Notes: a model not told the origin generated them from the letters alone. Positions 1 through 16,300 are shown, counted from the stretch's first letter. The stretch is 64,000 nucleotides of DNA from Octopus vulgaris (GCA_951406725.2 OX597836.1:38006001-38070000), one strand, 5' to 3'. A program made the numbers and translations.

Positions 1-152
1 ATTCCGCCGAAGTCGACTTTGCCTTTCATCCTTTCGGGGTCGATAAATTAGATACCAGTTATGCACTGGGGTCGATGTAATCGACTTAATCCGTTTGTCT
101 GTCCTTGTTTGTCCCCTCTGTGTTTAGCCCCTTGTGGGTAGTAAAGAAATAA
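1..152 (+). mobile_element. SINE 3' part (tRNA-derived family; second copy at about 28888-29100)
   Basis: gtcgactttgcctttcatcctttcggggtcgataaatta...ctggggtcgatgtaatcga matches 28975-29055. Confidence 0.65.
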
Positions 153-671
153 ATATAAGGACATTTCACCACTATGAGTAATAGAAGTATTCTGTAATTG
201 ATCAGTGTTTCATTATCTTCACCTACTGATTTATGATATTTTTATAGGCCTAAGAAGACTGTAAAATTTCTCTTGTATTTTCTCTTGAACTGTTACTTGA
301 AGTAAATCTTTCAGTAGTACCTAATTAGGTTGGAGGACATTATGTGATCATGGTGCTTGTAAAATATTGTAAAACAGATAGAGATATGAGAATGGCGAAC
401 AGGTTTTTTAAAAATTTCATTTGATTTTAAATGTCATACTGTTTTTATACTTTCTTTTATTTATGCATGCTAAATATAGCACATGTAAGTTAAATAATGA
501 ATAGATTTTGCAGTACCTTTACAAAATTAACAAAATTAAAAATTATTATTTAGAAATAGTTTAAGTATTAGGATATAGGAGTTAAAGATTTTTAAAATGA
601 ATATTTTAGTTGAAAATGCATGGTATTTTAATTATTATTATATCTATATTCTGATAATTATTTCTTTATAG

Positions 672-701
672 CTGCTCCAGTTGACAATACAATATATCAG
701 A
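672..701 (+). CDS. 30-nt linker micro-exon ([10 protein letters not shown])
   Basis: tttctttatag|CTGCTCCAGTTGACAATACAATATATCAGA|gtaagt; phase 1-1; in frame with the exon at 2060. Confidence 0.8.
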
Positions 702-2967
702 GTAAGTATATCTGTCTGTTTCATGTGAAGTAGAAACAGATTAAAGACAAATATTTTTATATTAATATTTCATTTAAAGAAATTTATAGTATTGCACAAA
801 TCACATTTAATAGTGAATAGTATTTGATAAAAGGTTATTGTTGCATGGTATTTAATTATTAAATCTTGGTAAAATGTGAATAATTCAGTAATATGGTGTC
901 CAAAGTATTTCTAATATAAAATAATTAAAATTTAAGCAGCCATTCAAAATGCTGTATCTCTCTACATCAGATATTTAAGAAGAATTAAAAGACAGTTTCT
1001 GTTTTAAATGATTAAAATAGACCAATTGTTTTCCATTGGTGATTTCATTATAATATATTGTAATGAAGCATGATGGATGAGGCTTGAAAGTATTAGTAAG
1101 TCATTATTAAGGACTTATTGTAGAATTGTATTCTCAAAAAATATGTTACTTTCTTCAGTTAATTTACCTTGAAAGTAAATGCTACTTACCACTTTAAAAT
1201 ATGGTAGTCAGTATTAAGAAATGGCAGCAAATGATGCAGCCCTTGCTTACTAATAAAAAGTCTAAAATTCCTTTATTAGTTGAAATTAAAAATCCAGATT
1301 CAGTACTGAAAATGCAATTTCAAATATAGTTTTATTTCAATTTAGAGATTGAAATTTATGGCATCTGAATGTAAATGCCAAACTGCTTTTTTATTAGTTG
1401 TAATTTTTAAACATATTTCAATATTATGTTATCAAAAAAAAAAAAAAAAAACAACCCTGCAAAAGAGACATGCTTGTTATAGATGTTCTATATTGTGGGA
1501 ATCCAACAAAATGACCAGCAAAAATTCCAAAAGAATTCAGAAAGTTACAAAATATTAAAAAAAATATTTTTAGATGTTTCTTAAGTCATTATGATTTTTA
1601 AAAAAAGAATAATACAAAGAAAACTCCAAATAGTTATTTGTAAAAATAGCCTGTACATTTTCAACATGTATGGCATATAAATTGCATTGAGGCTGTATAA
1701 AATTTTTGAGAATTAGAGTGCTACTAAACTTGTCATTTAGTACACTGCTTAATCTTACTTTATCACCAACTCTTGTCATTAATGTCATAAAGAAATGTCA
1801 GAATGCTCAAAACCTCACTTTATTCACCAGACTTTAAGCAATGCAATCACTGTACATTTTTTATAACATCAACACAGAATGCAGCCCAAACATTAACGCC
1901 ACTTTCACTGATACTTTTCATTGTGAGCACATTGATTATGCATCCAACCTCACAAAAGAAGAATGCTTTGCACCACATAACAATGAACAAGTTGATGATA
2001 ATCTAATATGCATGTAGATTAGTGTCACATATAAATTCAAATTTCTTCCACTTTTTCAGCTTCTGATGAACTGGATCTTGTGTTTGCCATTCACATATCA
2101 GAGAACGTTAATGATGTAGAAATGAGAGAACTTATGAATTTCCTTATAAATATGTTTGGCCGAGCAAACATTGCTGCCGGCAAGGTTAGGGTTGGGGTAA
2201 TTACCTATGGTGAGACAGAATCAGTTATATTTGATTTGAATGAATATAATGATGCAACTGCAATGGGTCAAGCCATTTCTAGTACACTGACTGGATCAAA
2301 GTCTAATAAAGTAAATGTAGCAAATTTATTGGAATCAGTACGTACCAAAATGTTCCAAGATGCAAAAGGGGACCGTAAAGGAGTACCAGATGCTTTGATA
2401 ATATTAACTGATAAAATATCCAATATGGAAGTTGGTGAAATACAATTTCAGGCAGCTGAAACGCAGAAAAAAGGCATAAGAGTTTTTACAGTGGGAATCA
2501 ATCTTTCTGACAAGGCTGAATTGGAAACAGTTGCAAGCAGACCTACTGACCAAAATGTGTTTACCGTTACATCCTACAGTGAACTACCAAGAACTGAGCA
2601 AGAGATAGTCAACCAACTTAATGTCTGTGAGTACAAATAGACACAAAGACAAAATGTGATAGAATATATGTTAATTGACTAACTTCAGATTTATATTCAG
2701 AAAATTTAGTGTACATTTAGGACATAAATTTCTTAAACTTTATCAGTTGAAGCAAATACATAAGTACATTTATGAATGTATACCTGATTGGATGGCTGAT
2801 GATTATTGAAATGAATGTGAATTTATTTTTAGCAATCATTTTCTCTTTCAATTCCCACCTTAAGATTGGTGTGTGTCTGAGTAAGTACATATATACATGA
2901 ATAAATATGAATATACATGTGGGGAGTGTATACACATACATAAACATGCACACACACAGAGACATAC

Positions 2968-3014
<47 letters not shown>

Positions 3015-3984
3015 CACACATATGATGATGGCAATCCCTCAAGGTTGAGGATGATGGTCTTCACGCAAATTTACTGGTGAGTCCGTAGGTGACCGATAAG
3101 ACCAATTCTTGCTTGAAAAGATCGGTCGCAGTGCGGACATCTAGTGCCGGAAGGGAGAGTCGCACGTGGTTGTTGTTGGCACTCCTTCCGTCGTTGTCTT
3201 TTCTCCTCCAGCTCTGCAGACCATTTTGACTCGAAAGTCGCCGTTCCCTCATGGATGGTGGTTTTCCAGAGTGGTCTGTTTTCTGCCGTTTCCTCCCAGT
3301 TAGTGAAGTCGATGTCACACTTTTTGAGGTTCATTTTCAGGGAGTCCTTGTAGCACACACACACACATATATACATATACATACATACATATATATATAT
3401 ATATTTACACACATATATTCGTGCATATAGAAAAATGCATATAATCTGCGCGCGCGCGTGTGTACATACACACACACACAGTATGTTTTTTTCCTATATG
3501 CATGTACATATATTTATGTAAGTTTATATATTCATGTATATATCACACATATATATTCATGTTTATTCATGTGTGTATGAGCCCACTCAGACATAATCTG
3601 CATTTGTGTAGATAAAAATATACAGGTTTGTGTGTACATTTACACACATGAATGCGATTGTATGTGTTTGTGTATGTATCTATATGAATAATTTTACTGT
3701 TGCTGGTATGATTTGAGTGGGTCACTACAGTTGGAGGCAGTGCACATGCAGAAGTACTGTTCACCTGGATGGGTTAGAGGACAACATCTAATTTTCACTT
3801 CATTTTTACGTGGTTCCTATGAATATATGTATGAGTATTTGCCTCTCTACCTGTCAGTCTACCTATACATATATATACACGTGTATATATGTATATGTAT
3901 ATATGTGTGTGCATATATAAATATGTACACATATGTGTGTATGTGTATATATATGTACATACATACATACATACTTACATACTT

Positions 3985-4027
<43 letters not shown>

Positions 4028-4057
4028 CTAATGTATATATATAGGTGTGTGTGTAGC

Positions 4058-4089
<32 letters not shown>

Positions 4090-4521
4090 GATATATATAA
4101 AATGGTATAATGTATTTACATAGGCGCAGGAGTGGCTGTATGGTAAGAAGCTTGCTTCCCAATCACATGGTTCCGGGTTTGGTCCCACTGCGTGGCACCT
4201 TGGGCAAGTTTCTTCTACTGTAGCCTTGGGCCAATCAAAGCCTTGTGAGTGGATTTGGTTGACGAAAACTGAAAGAAGCCCATCGTGTATATATATATGT
4301 ATTTGTGTGTCTGTGCTTGTTTCCCCATTATTGCTTGACAACCAATGTTGGTGTGTTTACATCCCCATAACTTAGCAGTTCAGCAAAAGAGACTGATAGA
4401 ATAAGTACCAGGTTTTACAAAGAATAAGTCCTGAGGTTGTTTTGTTTGACTAAAGGCGGTGCTCTAACATGGACGCAGTCAAATGACTGAAACAAGTGAA
4501 AGAATATATATAATGTATGTA

Positions 4522-4569
<48 letters not shown>

Positions 4570-4620
4570 GGCACTAAAAGAGAATGACTCTTCCTAGACA
4601 CAACAATATATATAATGTGC

Positions 4621-4660
<40 letters not shown>

Positions 4661-6067
4661 TACAGATATATGAAAATATCTGTATGTTTTTCACTGAATG
4701 AACCACAAAACCTGTATCATCCGCATAAATAAACTCTCTAATGAGAGGGCCAATCGTTTTGGCTAGGTCATGAAACATCTTAGATTATAGAATTTACCAG
4801 AAGTTCTAAATTGCACGTACATGCTGAATTTGGAAGATATATGTAAGTTGCATGGTAAAGTGTATAGTGATCAGAGTGGGTGCTGAAATGTCCACGGAAT
4901 TGGATCTGAAAGTGTCTCATTGATGTTCGCATTTTGATGAAACTTTTTGAATATTCTAACAAATGATATTGGACACCTTCTCCAATACATGGACAGCATT
5001 TTGTCATAAAAAGAGGTAGATGTCATATACACTTCTCCAGTGAGGAAACATGTGGAACCTGACATTCTCAAGGGAGGAAAAGGACTTGAAGTGGTGGACA
5101 ACATTGTTTATCTTGGAAGTATGCTTAATAGAGATGGTTGGCTTGATGCTGAAATAAAGCACAGGATTGTGAAAACTAGTGTGGCTTTTGGGAAACTTGT
5201 GAAGCAAGTCCAGTCAGATCAAAGTATCTTGATAAACATGAAGCCTTTGTTCTAACAGCCCTGTTCTATGGATGCAAAACGTGGACAACTAACAGGCATC
5301 ATATTAACCAGTTATAAAGGTTTCATCAGCATTGTATCCAGCACATCCCGAATATAAAGTGGTCCTCTTAGACACCTGATTTTGCTGAGAAAGGTATGTC
5401 ATAAAAGGCATCCTTAAAGCTCTGAAGATTGATATGGATACTGGGGAGACATTGGGTGAAAGCCATACTTCATGAAAGGAGACTATCAAGTACAGATGTG
5501 GTATCTTTGAAGGAAAGTGATTACAAAAGGCAAATGCTCTTTAAGCAGGACCCAAGTGCAGTGACTGTAGAAACTAAGTAGAAATTCAGGTGCATTGTGC
5601 ATGAACAATTTCTTCTTTCAAAGACTTCAGTCACATGAGCTAGGGAGAAAATCGAGCTACTTTTGGGACGGTTCTTCCACTACACATACTGTGGTACATT
5701 TGTTCTGAAAAGAGTAATAAATGTGATATTTTCATTCCTGAAGAATGAAAGCTGGGTTGAAAAAACCACCTGCCTGCTCATGATCATGTGATGTTCAATG
5801 AAAAGATTAGTCTTCTGAAAAGAAATAGCAATCAGCATATATATATATATATATAGTTAATCCAAACATGAAAACACCAAGAGAAAACACAACAACGCGA
5901 GGACGTGGAACAAATATAGTATTATTGGATGCTCAGGAAGGAAGGGAAGAAGGAGGGTTTAACGTTTCGAGCGGAGCTCTTCGTCAGAAACATAGGAAAA
6001 GGAAAGATCCAGAGAAGGGAAGACGGAGGAAAAAAAATCGCCAACAGTACACACGCGATCACATTTT

Positions 6068-6139
<72 letters not shown>

Positions 6140-8374
6140 GTCCAACCCATGCTAGCATGGAAAACACACATTAAATGATGATGATGATGATATATTTATA
6201 TATACATACTTACATGTATATTGCTTTGTTTGATTGCTTATGACAACTCATCAAAGGTGATGATATTGTTGATCTAAGATTTTCATCCTTCACTCCAGCA
6301 CATTCTTTCTCATGGGAGCAGACATGACTGGCAAGACTGATACAATATATGCAGATCCTGTGATGCTGAAGGCACCGAAAGGGACTTCAAACAGCTGCTA
6401 AGTGTTGATGGTGATGTGTCCTCTGGTCTTCATGTAGTCTTCTGCACTCAGTTTCAAAGTGCTCTACTCCAGCATCACATATGGACTTCCATGCCTTCCA
6501 GTTAACACCCATAGCTACCATCTGATTGGAAGGGACACCACATAAAATGAGAGTTCACTTGAGATGAACATGAAAACCAAGTTTTGGATATCCATGAAGA
6601 CATATGTATATGTATGTATCTGACAGAATGCCAGTATATACATACACACACATATATGTTATATGTGTGTATATGTATATATATGTTAGAATAAGAAGCA
6701 CACTTTTTAACCCTTTTGTTACCATATTTCTGTTGAGATGCTCTCTGTTTCTTTTAATTAATTTTAAATATAACAAAGAATTTAGTAAAATAACTTAGTT
6801 ATCATTAAGCTAGTGTTAGGAACATAAATTGACTAAGGTTTGGTGGAAGATTTTAATTCAGAACCTTTGTACTACAGAGACAGAGGCAGTTTCAGGCGAG
6901 TTGATATCAAAAGGGTTAAAAGCAATAAGTATTAAAATATAAAGTTAAAGTCTGGTCATATAGTGACCAATGGTTTCATATCCAAGAAAGCTACAACATT
7001 GCGGACAGCTTATCAGACTTTATGAAGATGAGTTTCTTTTCACCTTACGGAGGCAGAGAAACGCTAGGATAAAAATGTCAAACGGCAAACAGAAAAAAGT
7101 TATTGAGGACGGGTTATCTCCCCTGGACCGAAGGCTAAATGGAAGTTAGGATGTATTTCATTAAGGTCTCTTATTAGCAAAGAAACAGGGAAACTTGATT
7201 TTCCAGTAAGCAGTGCTTGAAATGAACACATTTAGAGAAAATTTCCCTATGATTATTTAATGCACTAGGCTTAGAACAGCTTTTAAGAATTTTGATTTGC
7301 TCTGCAATGCAGATTTTGCTGTGCCCACTCCTATTAATATATGGGCCTAGATGTTCTATACCTGAGATATGGTATCCCTTGATCTTTGAGGTGTTACACA
7401 TGGTTGGCCAGGGATGTGACAAAATGTATTTCTTGGATTTTGAAGGATGACTGGTGGTTGCTGAAAGTGTTTATATGTCATTATCATCATCATCTAACAT
7501 CTGTTGTCCATGCTGGTAAGCGGAGGGACTGCACCAGACTCCAGTTTGATTTTCAAATAATATAATAATGAAATTATTGTATACAGTGCTCAGGTGCACC
7601 ACAACTTGTCAAAAGTGCATATAAAGCATATGCAGTAATGTACAAATGTCTGGAAAGTGAACAGTGTATGAGTCAGATACATGCTTGTGTGTGTGTGTGT
7701 ATAGAGGGGAGAAAATCAGGTGTAGTGTTGGCGAATCTCAGGAAGCATGGAAGTTTTGAAGGATGCAGTGCTCCGACAACTAACAACTGATGCCAGCAGT
7801 TTGTTCCATACTTAAGCGACTCTTAGTGTGAAAAAATGTTTCCAAGAGTCATGGGAGCTGTGCTGTTTTCTGACTTTGTAAACATATCCACGGGTGTTAG
7901 ACAGGTGGAGTTTGAAAAGGTGCTCAGAGTTATTGTTTGTAAGATGATTAATAATTTTATGGGTGTCTACCAAGTCAACTGCCAGACGTCGGAATTTCAA
8001 TGTATCCATGCCCAGGGAAATAAGGCATTCAGAATATGGCAAATACCTGATGCAGGGTATTCACTTGGTTGCACGTTGCTGAACGGTTTCCAGACGATTA
8101 ATATCCTGGGCAAGATAGGGGTTCCAAACCGGTGATGCAAATTCCAGGTGAGGTTGCACCATAGCTATATAAAGCCACAGATAGATAGCTGGAGAGTGGC
8201 TCACAAAGGACTTGGTGAATGATGCCAAGACACCCTCAGACTTCTTCACAATTTTAGGAATGTGTTTTGTCCAACACAAATCGCTGTCAACAATAATGCC
8301 CAGGTCACTTTCACAAGAAGACTTTTTGAGATTAGCCTGGTCGGTCACGGTGATATATATATATGTATACATAG

Positions 8375-8433
<59 letters not shown>

Positions 8434-8963
8434 TGTGTAATGATGCATCATTTTTAGGTGCTCTTTACTAAGATGGAAACAAAATGTAGACAATTAGCAG
8501 GATGAATACTGAAGCCCTTCAGGACAAGAGACCAAGAAGTCATGTCAACTCTGTAAAAGACCTTTGTTCACACCCACCAGGACAACTGTTCTAATAGCAG
8601 AGCTGGAGATTATCCATCACTACTTCACTAAAGAGCTTGCCAGCAGATGAACTACTGAAACAGATTGAAAAAAAAACTAAGACTTTACTCACTGGGGCAA
8701 ACACTTAAGATATATGTAAATGTTATATGTGGAAAATTCTGAAAGTGCTAGTGTCTAATTTTGGCAGCTAGAGTAACACAAATGACTGTACTTGATGTTA
8801 TTGTGCTGTGTGAAAGATGCTGTCCACTCCATTGAAAATGAAGACCAGGTACTACAATAGCTTGAGATTCTGCCAAAAGAATTAAAATGTCTGCATAATG
8901 TGGATGTATTCAAAGAGAAATTGGACATTTTCCTATCCCCAATACCAGATGAACCAATGTATG

Positions 8964-8999
<36 letters not shown>

Positions 9000-9355
9000 T
9001 ATATGTGTATGTATATATATGTATATATATATATGTATATATATATGTGTATATATATGTATATATATGTATGTGTATATATATGTATGTGTATATATAT
9101 ATGTATATATATGTGTATATATATGTGTATATATATGTATATATATATGTGTATATATATATATATGTATATATATATGTGTATATATATATGTGTATAT
9201 ATATATGTATATATGTATGTATATGTGTATATATATGTATGTATATGTGTATATATATGTATGTATATGTGTATGTGTATATATATGTATGTATATGTGT
9301 ATGTATATATATATATGTATGTATATGTGTATATATATATATGTATGTATATGTG

Positions 9356-9388
<33 letters not shown>

Positions 9389-10602
9389 GTATATATATAT
9401 ATGTATGTATGTATATATATGAATATGTGTATGTATGTATATTTATATGTGTATGTATATATATGTATGTATATGTATATATATATATGTATGTATGTAT
9501 ATATATGAATATGTGTATGTATGTATATTTATATGTGTGTGTATATATATATATATTATATATATGCATGTATACATAGATACACACACAGACATACATA
9601 TATGAGTGAGTGGACAAAGAAAGAAAGGAGGCACTCAATACATTTGGTAGGATTTTCATATATTGTTATTTAAAATTAGTTTGGTTCAACCCCTGGGTCC
9701 TGTATATAAAGAAGGATGGATAACTATTTTGCTGCTGTATTTATGTCATATGTGGAAGTGCTGGTTTTCTTGTTTGATTTGGTGATCATGTTTGTGAGGA
9801 GTCTTGCATGAGTGGAAATATTTGCTTCATGCAAGGATATGTGCATAAGGTGATTGCTTTATTTTTGCATGTTATCATTTAAAGAGTTAAGAAAATGGGT
9901 TAGAGTGATGCTGAAACCCTACCTTCTTTATGATGTTCCATAAGTCAGCTTCAAAGCTCTCAATGTCTTTTATCTGGGGAGGGCACTTTTAGGATTTAAA
10001 ACTGAACCTATCTGCAGGTGTAGTAGTGGATGGGTTCTTGAAGAAGAAGGCTTTCCAGTGCAAATGTTTGATGATACTTTTTGCTTTCTCTCTGAGACAC
10101 GTTAAATATAGTTTCCTCGGTGGTATCCACATGTTTTACAACAAATATGGCAGTGGTTGTCTCTCCATTGCAAACTGTTTATCAGACATTTGTGAATGGA
10201 TCTCTAAAGTCTGGAGCGCTATGAATGACAAACAAAAAGAGAGGCACTCAGCACATTTAGTAAGAGTTATATTATGATTTAAAAAGTTTTATCTGGCCCC
10301 ATGCAACTTGAAGCTTTGCAGGCTTGTTATAGGAATCTAGCTTGTCAGGCAGAGGCAACTGAATATGAGGACAGTGGAAGTCCAAGATGGTTACTATGCT
10401 TTTCTCTTTTTCTCCATAACACTATCAAATCTGGCATAACACTACCAACAGAAAATCTGGCAACCCCACCAATGATGTGGTTGTCATTGTGTTGTGCCAA
10501 CACACTGTCGCATCAGTCCATGCACATAATCACACTCAGACCCTATATTTACACGTTCTAGCATATACCAGTTGTGCTCATACACACAGTTATCAGAGGT
10601 AT

Positions 10603-10639
<37 letters not shown>

Positions 10640-11449
10640 AGATGTAACTACATGCACACACACTCCTTCATGCAGATAAACGTTTGTAAACACTCATATA
10701 GACACATATGAATACAGAAATGAGCACATTCACACACGCTAGACATTCATACATATACATATATAAATACAGAAATGAGCATATACACACACATATGCAC
10801 ACACATACAAGCACCCACACATGTACATGCACACATGTGCATATGGCACATACTAATATATAGGTATATATGCACCCACACACATGATAGACACACTCAT
10901 TTATTTGCACACACAAGCAAACACTCATAGCTGATATGCACCCACATATACACCCACCTCTAGCAAACATATTTACACCAGCTTACACATCACCGGAATA
11001 CAAACACACATACACAACTGACACACACAACCATGAATTCATTCAGCAAGAGCACAACTACTCACCCTGTTGGTGAGTTGCCACCAACATCCTGTCTAGC
11101 CATATGGTCCAAGAAATACAGATTGGGCTCTCTGTTGATGTATTTGGTATTTGAATACTGTTATCAACAACACCATGTGACCCATCTTAACCAATAGCAG
11201 CCCAATTTCTAGTAGCCATCTTAGATTTCCTCCATCTTTGCATTTGGTTACTTGATGAGCTGGATTCCAGTGATCAGCTTACAAAACTTTAGGTTGTATG
11301 GGGCTGAATATTGTATATATTCATATATATATATATGGGGCTGAATCACAGTTTTTAAATAATAGTTTACATGCATACACACATGCACTCACACACACAC
11401 ATGCATGTATATATATATATATGTAAATATGTATCTATATATATATGTA

Positions 11450-11486
<37 letters not shown>

Positions 11487-13134
11487 CTGTTTCAACAGGT
11501 ATTGCAGGCACTTGCACTGGAAAGGTATATCTGAGGGAATAAGTGGAATTTTAGGAGTGAATATAGGCTCACCGCTTGCTTTACCAGTCAAAATTGTTGT
11601 CTTCAAGACTGTTAGCATCATCTTCATTATAAGTTGTGTGCCATTGTAAAGCTTTGGTGGATTGAGGTTCCGAAGCAGTATAACTGGTGTTCCAATCTTG
11701 AGTTGTGAGGTGGGAGGCCAAGTGGTGTTAGACTATTCAAAAATTCAACTATGCTCATGGATTTTGAAGCCCTCAGAGGAAATATAACTGCCCAACTTAT
11801 ATTGCTGAATTTCATCTGCCTGCTTGCCCACCTGTTCAAGTCCCAAAACTGCCATATCTGAGCCCTTATTGATGTATTTACATACATATTGAATACTTTT
11901 AATAGAGTTGCATGACTCAACATTAACATGGGCCTGCAATGTTTTAGACAGCAATGGGTTGGAGGGCACAATCCAGCTGTTGTCATTTTCCATCTCTTGA
12001 CCATTAGCACTGAGCTTGGTAGTGTTTAGGGTGATCAGAGGAAAATGAATGGGTTATTTCCCTCAGCTAGGAAAATGAATGGGTTATTTCCCTTGAATGT
12101 TAAAGGAATATATATTGGTTATATACGTGGACCCCTTCTAGGGACCTAGCCAGCCAATTATAGATTTTTACTAAACTTCAATGAGCCTAGTAACAAACTG
12201 GATGTTACTTGAACATTTTTGCAAAGTTTCACAAAATTCGTTAACATTTGTAGGCGGCAACTTGACAAACAGACAACTTGCGTTTTTATATATATAAATA
12301 TATATACACACACATATCCATACATACATATGTATACACACATGTATATATATATATATCTATACATGTGTGTGTTTGCATGTATGTGTGTGTTTGTATG
12401 TATATATATATATCTATGTATATTAATTATATTGTATGTGTATATGTATACTTTATATATATACATACATACATACCAGCTTAAGGTGACCTGCTCTACA
12501 CATGGGTGAGGGTGTCGTTGTTACTTTCTGTTGCTTCTTTTCTGTTTCTGATTACCACATTTTCCCTCTTTGTTTCTCTCTCCTTTCTCTCTTACTCTCC
12601 CTTTCTCTTGGACTCTCCATCGCTTTCTCTTACTCTCTATCTTTCTCTATCTATCTCTCTCCCATTTATAAAAAATTAGATTTCCGTGCTTAAATTACAA
12701 ATCTACTTCCACTTTACCATGTTGGAAATTAGATTGAAATCGGGCACAAGGTGTCCAATCTAGACCCCAAGTGTCCCCCAAAATCAATAAAATCCATGTT
12801 TTCACACAAAAGCAACCACTGTAGTGCCCCAAAACATCTCCCAATCACTTTCTCACCTCAAGTTACCCTCTCCTGTAAATTTTAATCCCCTTCCATCCCC
12901 ATTTAGATCCCTTTTTACATAAAAATCCAATTTGTATCAACGTTCGCCTTGCTTGTTTCGGTATTATAACCCGATTTCATTCGCGTCTACACGGGCCACA
13001 TTTTAAAAGATGAGGAATTTTTCTCTAGAGGCCATGCCTTTCAATTGAGCAAACTCAAAGTTGCCATGCAAACTCGCTAGCACTTTTAACATAAGTGGGC
13101 ATATTTTCAGCTCAATCCGACCACATAGGTACAC

Positions 13135-13182
<48 letters not shown>

Positions 13183-13342
13183 CGCATTAAATATGTACAT
13201 ATATATGCATTATATATACATGTCTACGCACTCTAAATACATATATATATATATATACACACACACATATATGTATACACATTATATATATATTTATATA
13301 TACACACATATATATAAATTAACACACTATATCTGATTAATA

Positions 13343-13399
<57 letters not shown>

Positions 13400-16300
13400 A
13401 TATGTATGTATGTATGTATATATGTATGTATGTATATATATATATATATATGATGTATGTATGTATATATATATATATATATGATGTATGTATGTATATA
13501 TATATATATATATGATGTATGTATGTATATATATATATATGTATGTATGTATGTATATATATATATATATGATGTATGTATGTATGTATATATATATATT
13601 ATGTATGTGTGTATGTATATATATATTATGTATGTATGTATATATATATATTATGTATGTATGTATATATATATATATTATGTATGTATGTATATATATA
13701 TATGATGTATGTATGTATATATATATATATATATATAGGTATATATACTTTATGAATATGTGTATTTTATTTGTGGGTAACCAGGCCTGGTTAACCCACA
13801 AATAAAGAATATTTATGTGTGTGTGTTTATTATATATATAATGTATATATATGTGTGTGTGTCTGTCATTATGCATATATATTTCCATACATACATATAA
13901 GCTACCATTTATTTATATTCCATATCTATAACTGCGTCTGTATGTATAGACAGTATTACAATCATGTATTAAACTTATTTCATCATTCTTTTTCACCCTA
14001 CATTGTATCTTTTCTTTCTGGATGTCTGTTTGAATGTGTATATCGATATGGTACACAGTCATGCTTTGATATTTATTTAAAAGTATTTCTAAATACTATA
14101 GATAAACTGATGTCTATGCAGAATTTATTTCAAAGATTGTGTAAATCAAAAATGCTAAAGATTAGTCATAGTATCTTCTCCAAAGTGTGCAATTCTTCAC
14201 AACAGTTATCTTTATTCTTAACTGAAATATCAAACAAAAATTTCTTAAATTACTTACATTTCATAACAATATATTTCATATGAAAGTGATACATTATTCA
14301 CCTTCAATTTGAAAATACTCTTCTGACTTTTGTGTACACAGTTAATATTTTCTAAACGTTTCTGCATAAAATTTTAAAGCCATTTATTAGAAGAAAACAG
14401 TCATTGAATTCTAAGTTAGAATCATACATAATACAGTGATAGTCCCAGTGCTTGTTGTTTTTAGTTGCATACAAATTCAAAAATTATATAATTTTTCAAG
14501 TATATAAATGATCATAAATTAGATATTAATTCTTAAATTGTAAACAGTTGTTTATGTTTTAAAATAAATATTAATAGTGAAGTAGTTTTCTCATAATATT
14601 TATTTAATATTATTTGTAGGGATTTATTAAAATGAGAAAATGATAAAAAATAGTATGCTATCTTAAAACTGCAATTGTTCTATGTTAAAAAATAAAATAG
14701 GTTTTAATGTTAAGTAAAAATTAAAGTGATATATATATATATTATTAGATATAATTAAGTATAAATTAAATCAAAATATTAAGGAAACCTATCCTTTTGA
14801 TATTTTTATTGTTTAAAAATGTCTGACACTAACTTCCCTTGGTGTCTTACTCACAGTTCAACCTGTTGCAACTGTCACAGTTACAAACAGAGGTAAGTAA
14901 TCTGCCACAGTTTGATGTATAAAATCTATTAACAAATTCTCTGGTCTCTAGACTAAAGGAATAAAATTTAAATTCTTTGTTAAGTTTTCAAAATATGAAT
15001 TTGTCATTTTGTCTCTTTCTCTGAGCTTATGACAATTCTAATTTTTCCTCCCTTTTTTTGCTAGATTTATGAAATATTTTATTACTCTGTACATAACAGA
15101 ATTATCAAATCTTTTTTACTCTATACAGCTTTGCGAAAGCCTTACTCATTTAATTTTCAAATAAATGATATAGAATTAACTTTTAAACATTTCAGTAATT
15201 AATTCCTTTGTAAAAATGAATCAGTTGCCTAATTTTTCTGGAAAAAAAAAAAGTTACGATATATTCTAAAATAGTTAACTAATACAAAGAAAATCTAAAA
15301 ATCTAAACTTTAAATTAATTCTATTTAGATAAATGATACATAATAACTTATTTCAAAAATGGTAGTGCTTAGATTCTAAAAGCTACAACCTAAATGAATA
15401 AACATGAATACTGTCTTTCGATTTTATTATAATTCTTCATGTTACAAAAATAACAGTACAGAAGATATCTGCAATATTCAACATGGACAAATTTGCACCA
15501 TTCAAATTTTGCAGCATATTATTACCCTGTTTATTTAACTGAACAAACGATATAGTAACAATGACAAAATTTACTAATTATATAAAATATTTCCACATCA
15601 ATTTCAATTTCAACACTCCTATTGTTTTTGTTATGTTTTATGGTATATTTAGTTCTACTTTCATTTAACCATATTTAATTCCTGATTAATTACTTCAAAA
15701 CTAAATTCTTGCAGTAACTCTTTAACTGAAGAGCAATTGTGTTAAGAAAACTTCTGTAACACTAATTTAATGAAAATATGCACGTATCTACTAATTAGTT
15801 GTTTATTAATGTAATTAAGCATACTAGAGTAAAATTTAGTAACACTTATACTTGTTGGAAAGCTGCTTCTCTATTTGCTATTGACATTTCTATTTGTTTC
15901 AAATAAACCATCTTCTGTGTCTTCCTTTCACATTCTTTAAACTGCTTTATCCTGATTAGACTTGCATTGGAAAATTAATTAGTATTTAACAGAGATATTT
16001 TCTATGATCAGTACTTTATTCATACCTATTGTTTAACTATATTTTCACCCCAAAATCTGAGAAGAAACTGTGGACTCCACCTCACTGCTAGAAGTGAGTA
16101 GCCTTTTAGTTTTTACAATAAGCCAAAGATTTCAAATAAAGAATAATTAACATTAATTTGCTTCCCATGTTATTCATATTCTTTTCAATAAAGAATGTTT
16201 GATGGTTGTATAGAAAAACAACAAAGATATAAAGACTAAAAGTTTGTATGAATTATAAAAAATTGGCAAACATTTATCACCTGTTCCCCTAAAATAAAAG

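Noticed and set aside
8898-9659. Long Y/I/M/C/V/H/T-rich ORFs (also at 2.7-4.8, 12-14 and 26-28 kb)
   Set aside because: Translations of (TA)n/(TG)n/(TATG)n microsatellites
16040-16100. Possible micro-exon ending at gaa|gtgagt
   Set aside because: No convincing polypyrimidine-AG acceptor at a suitable position
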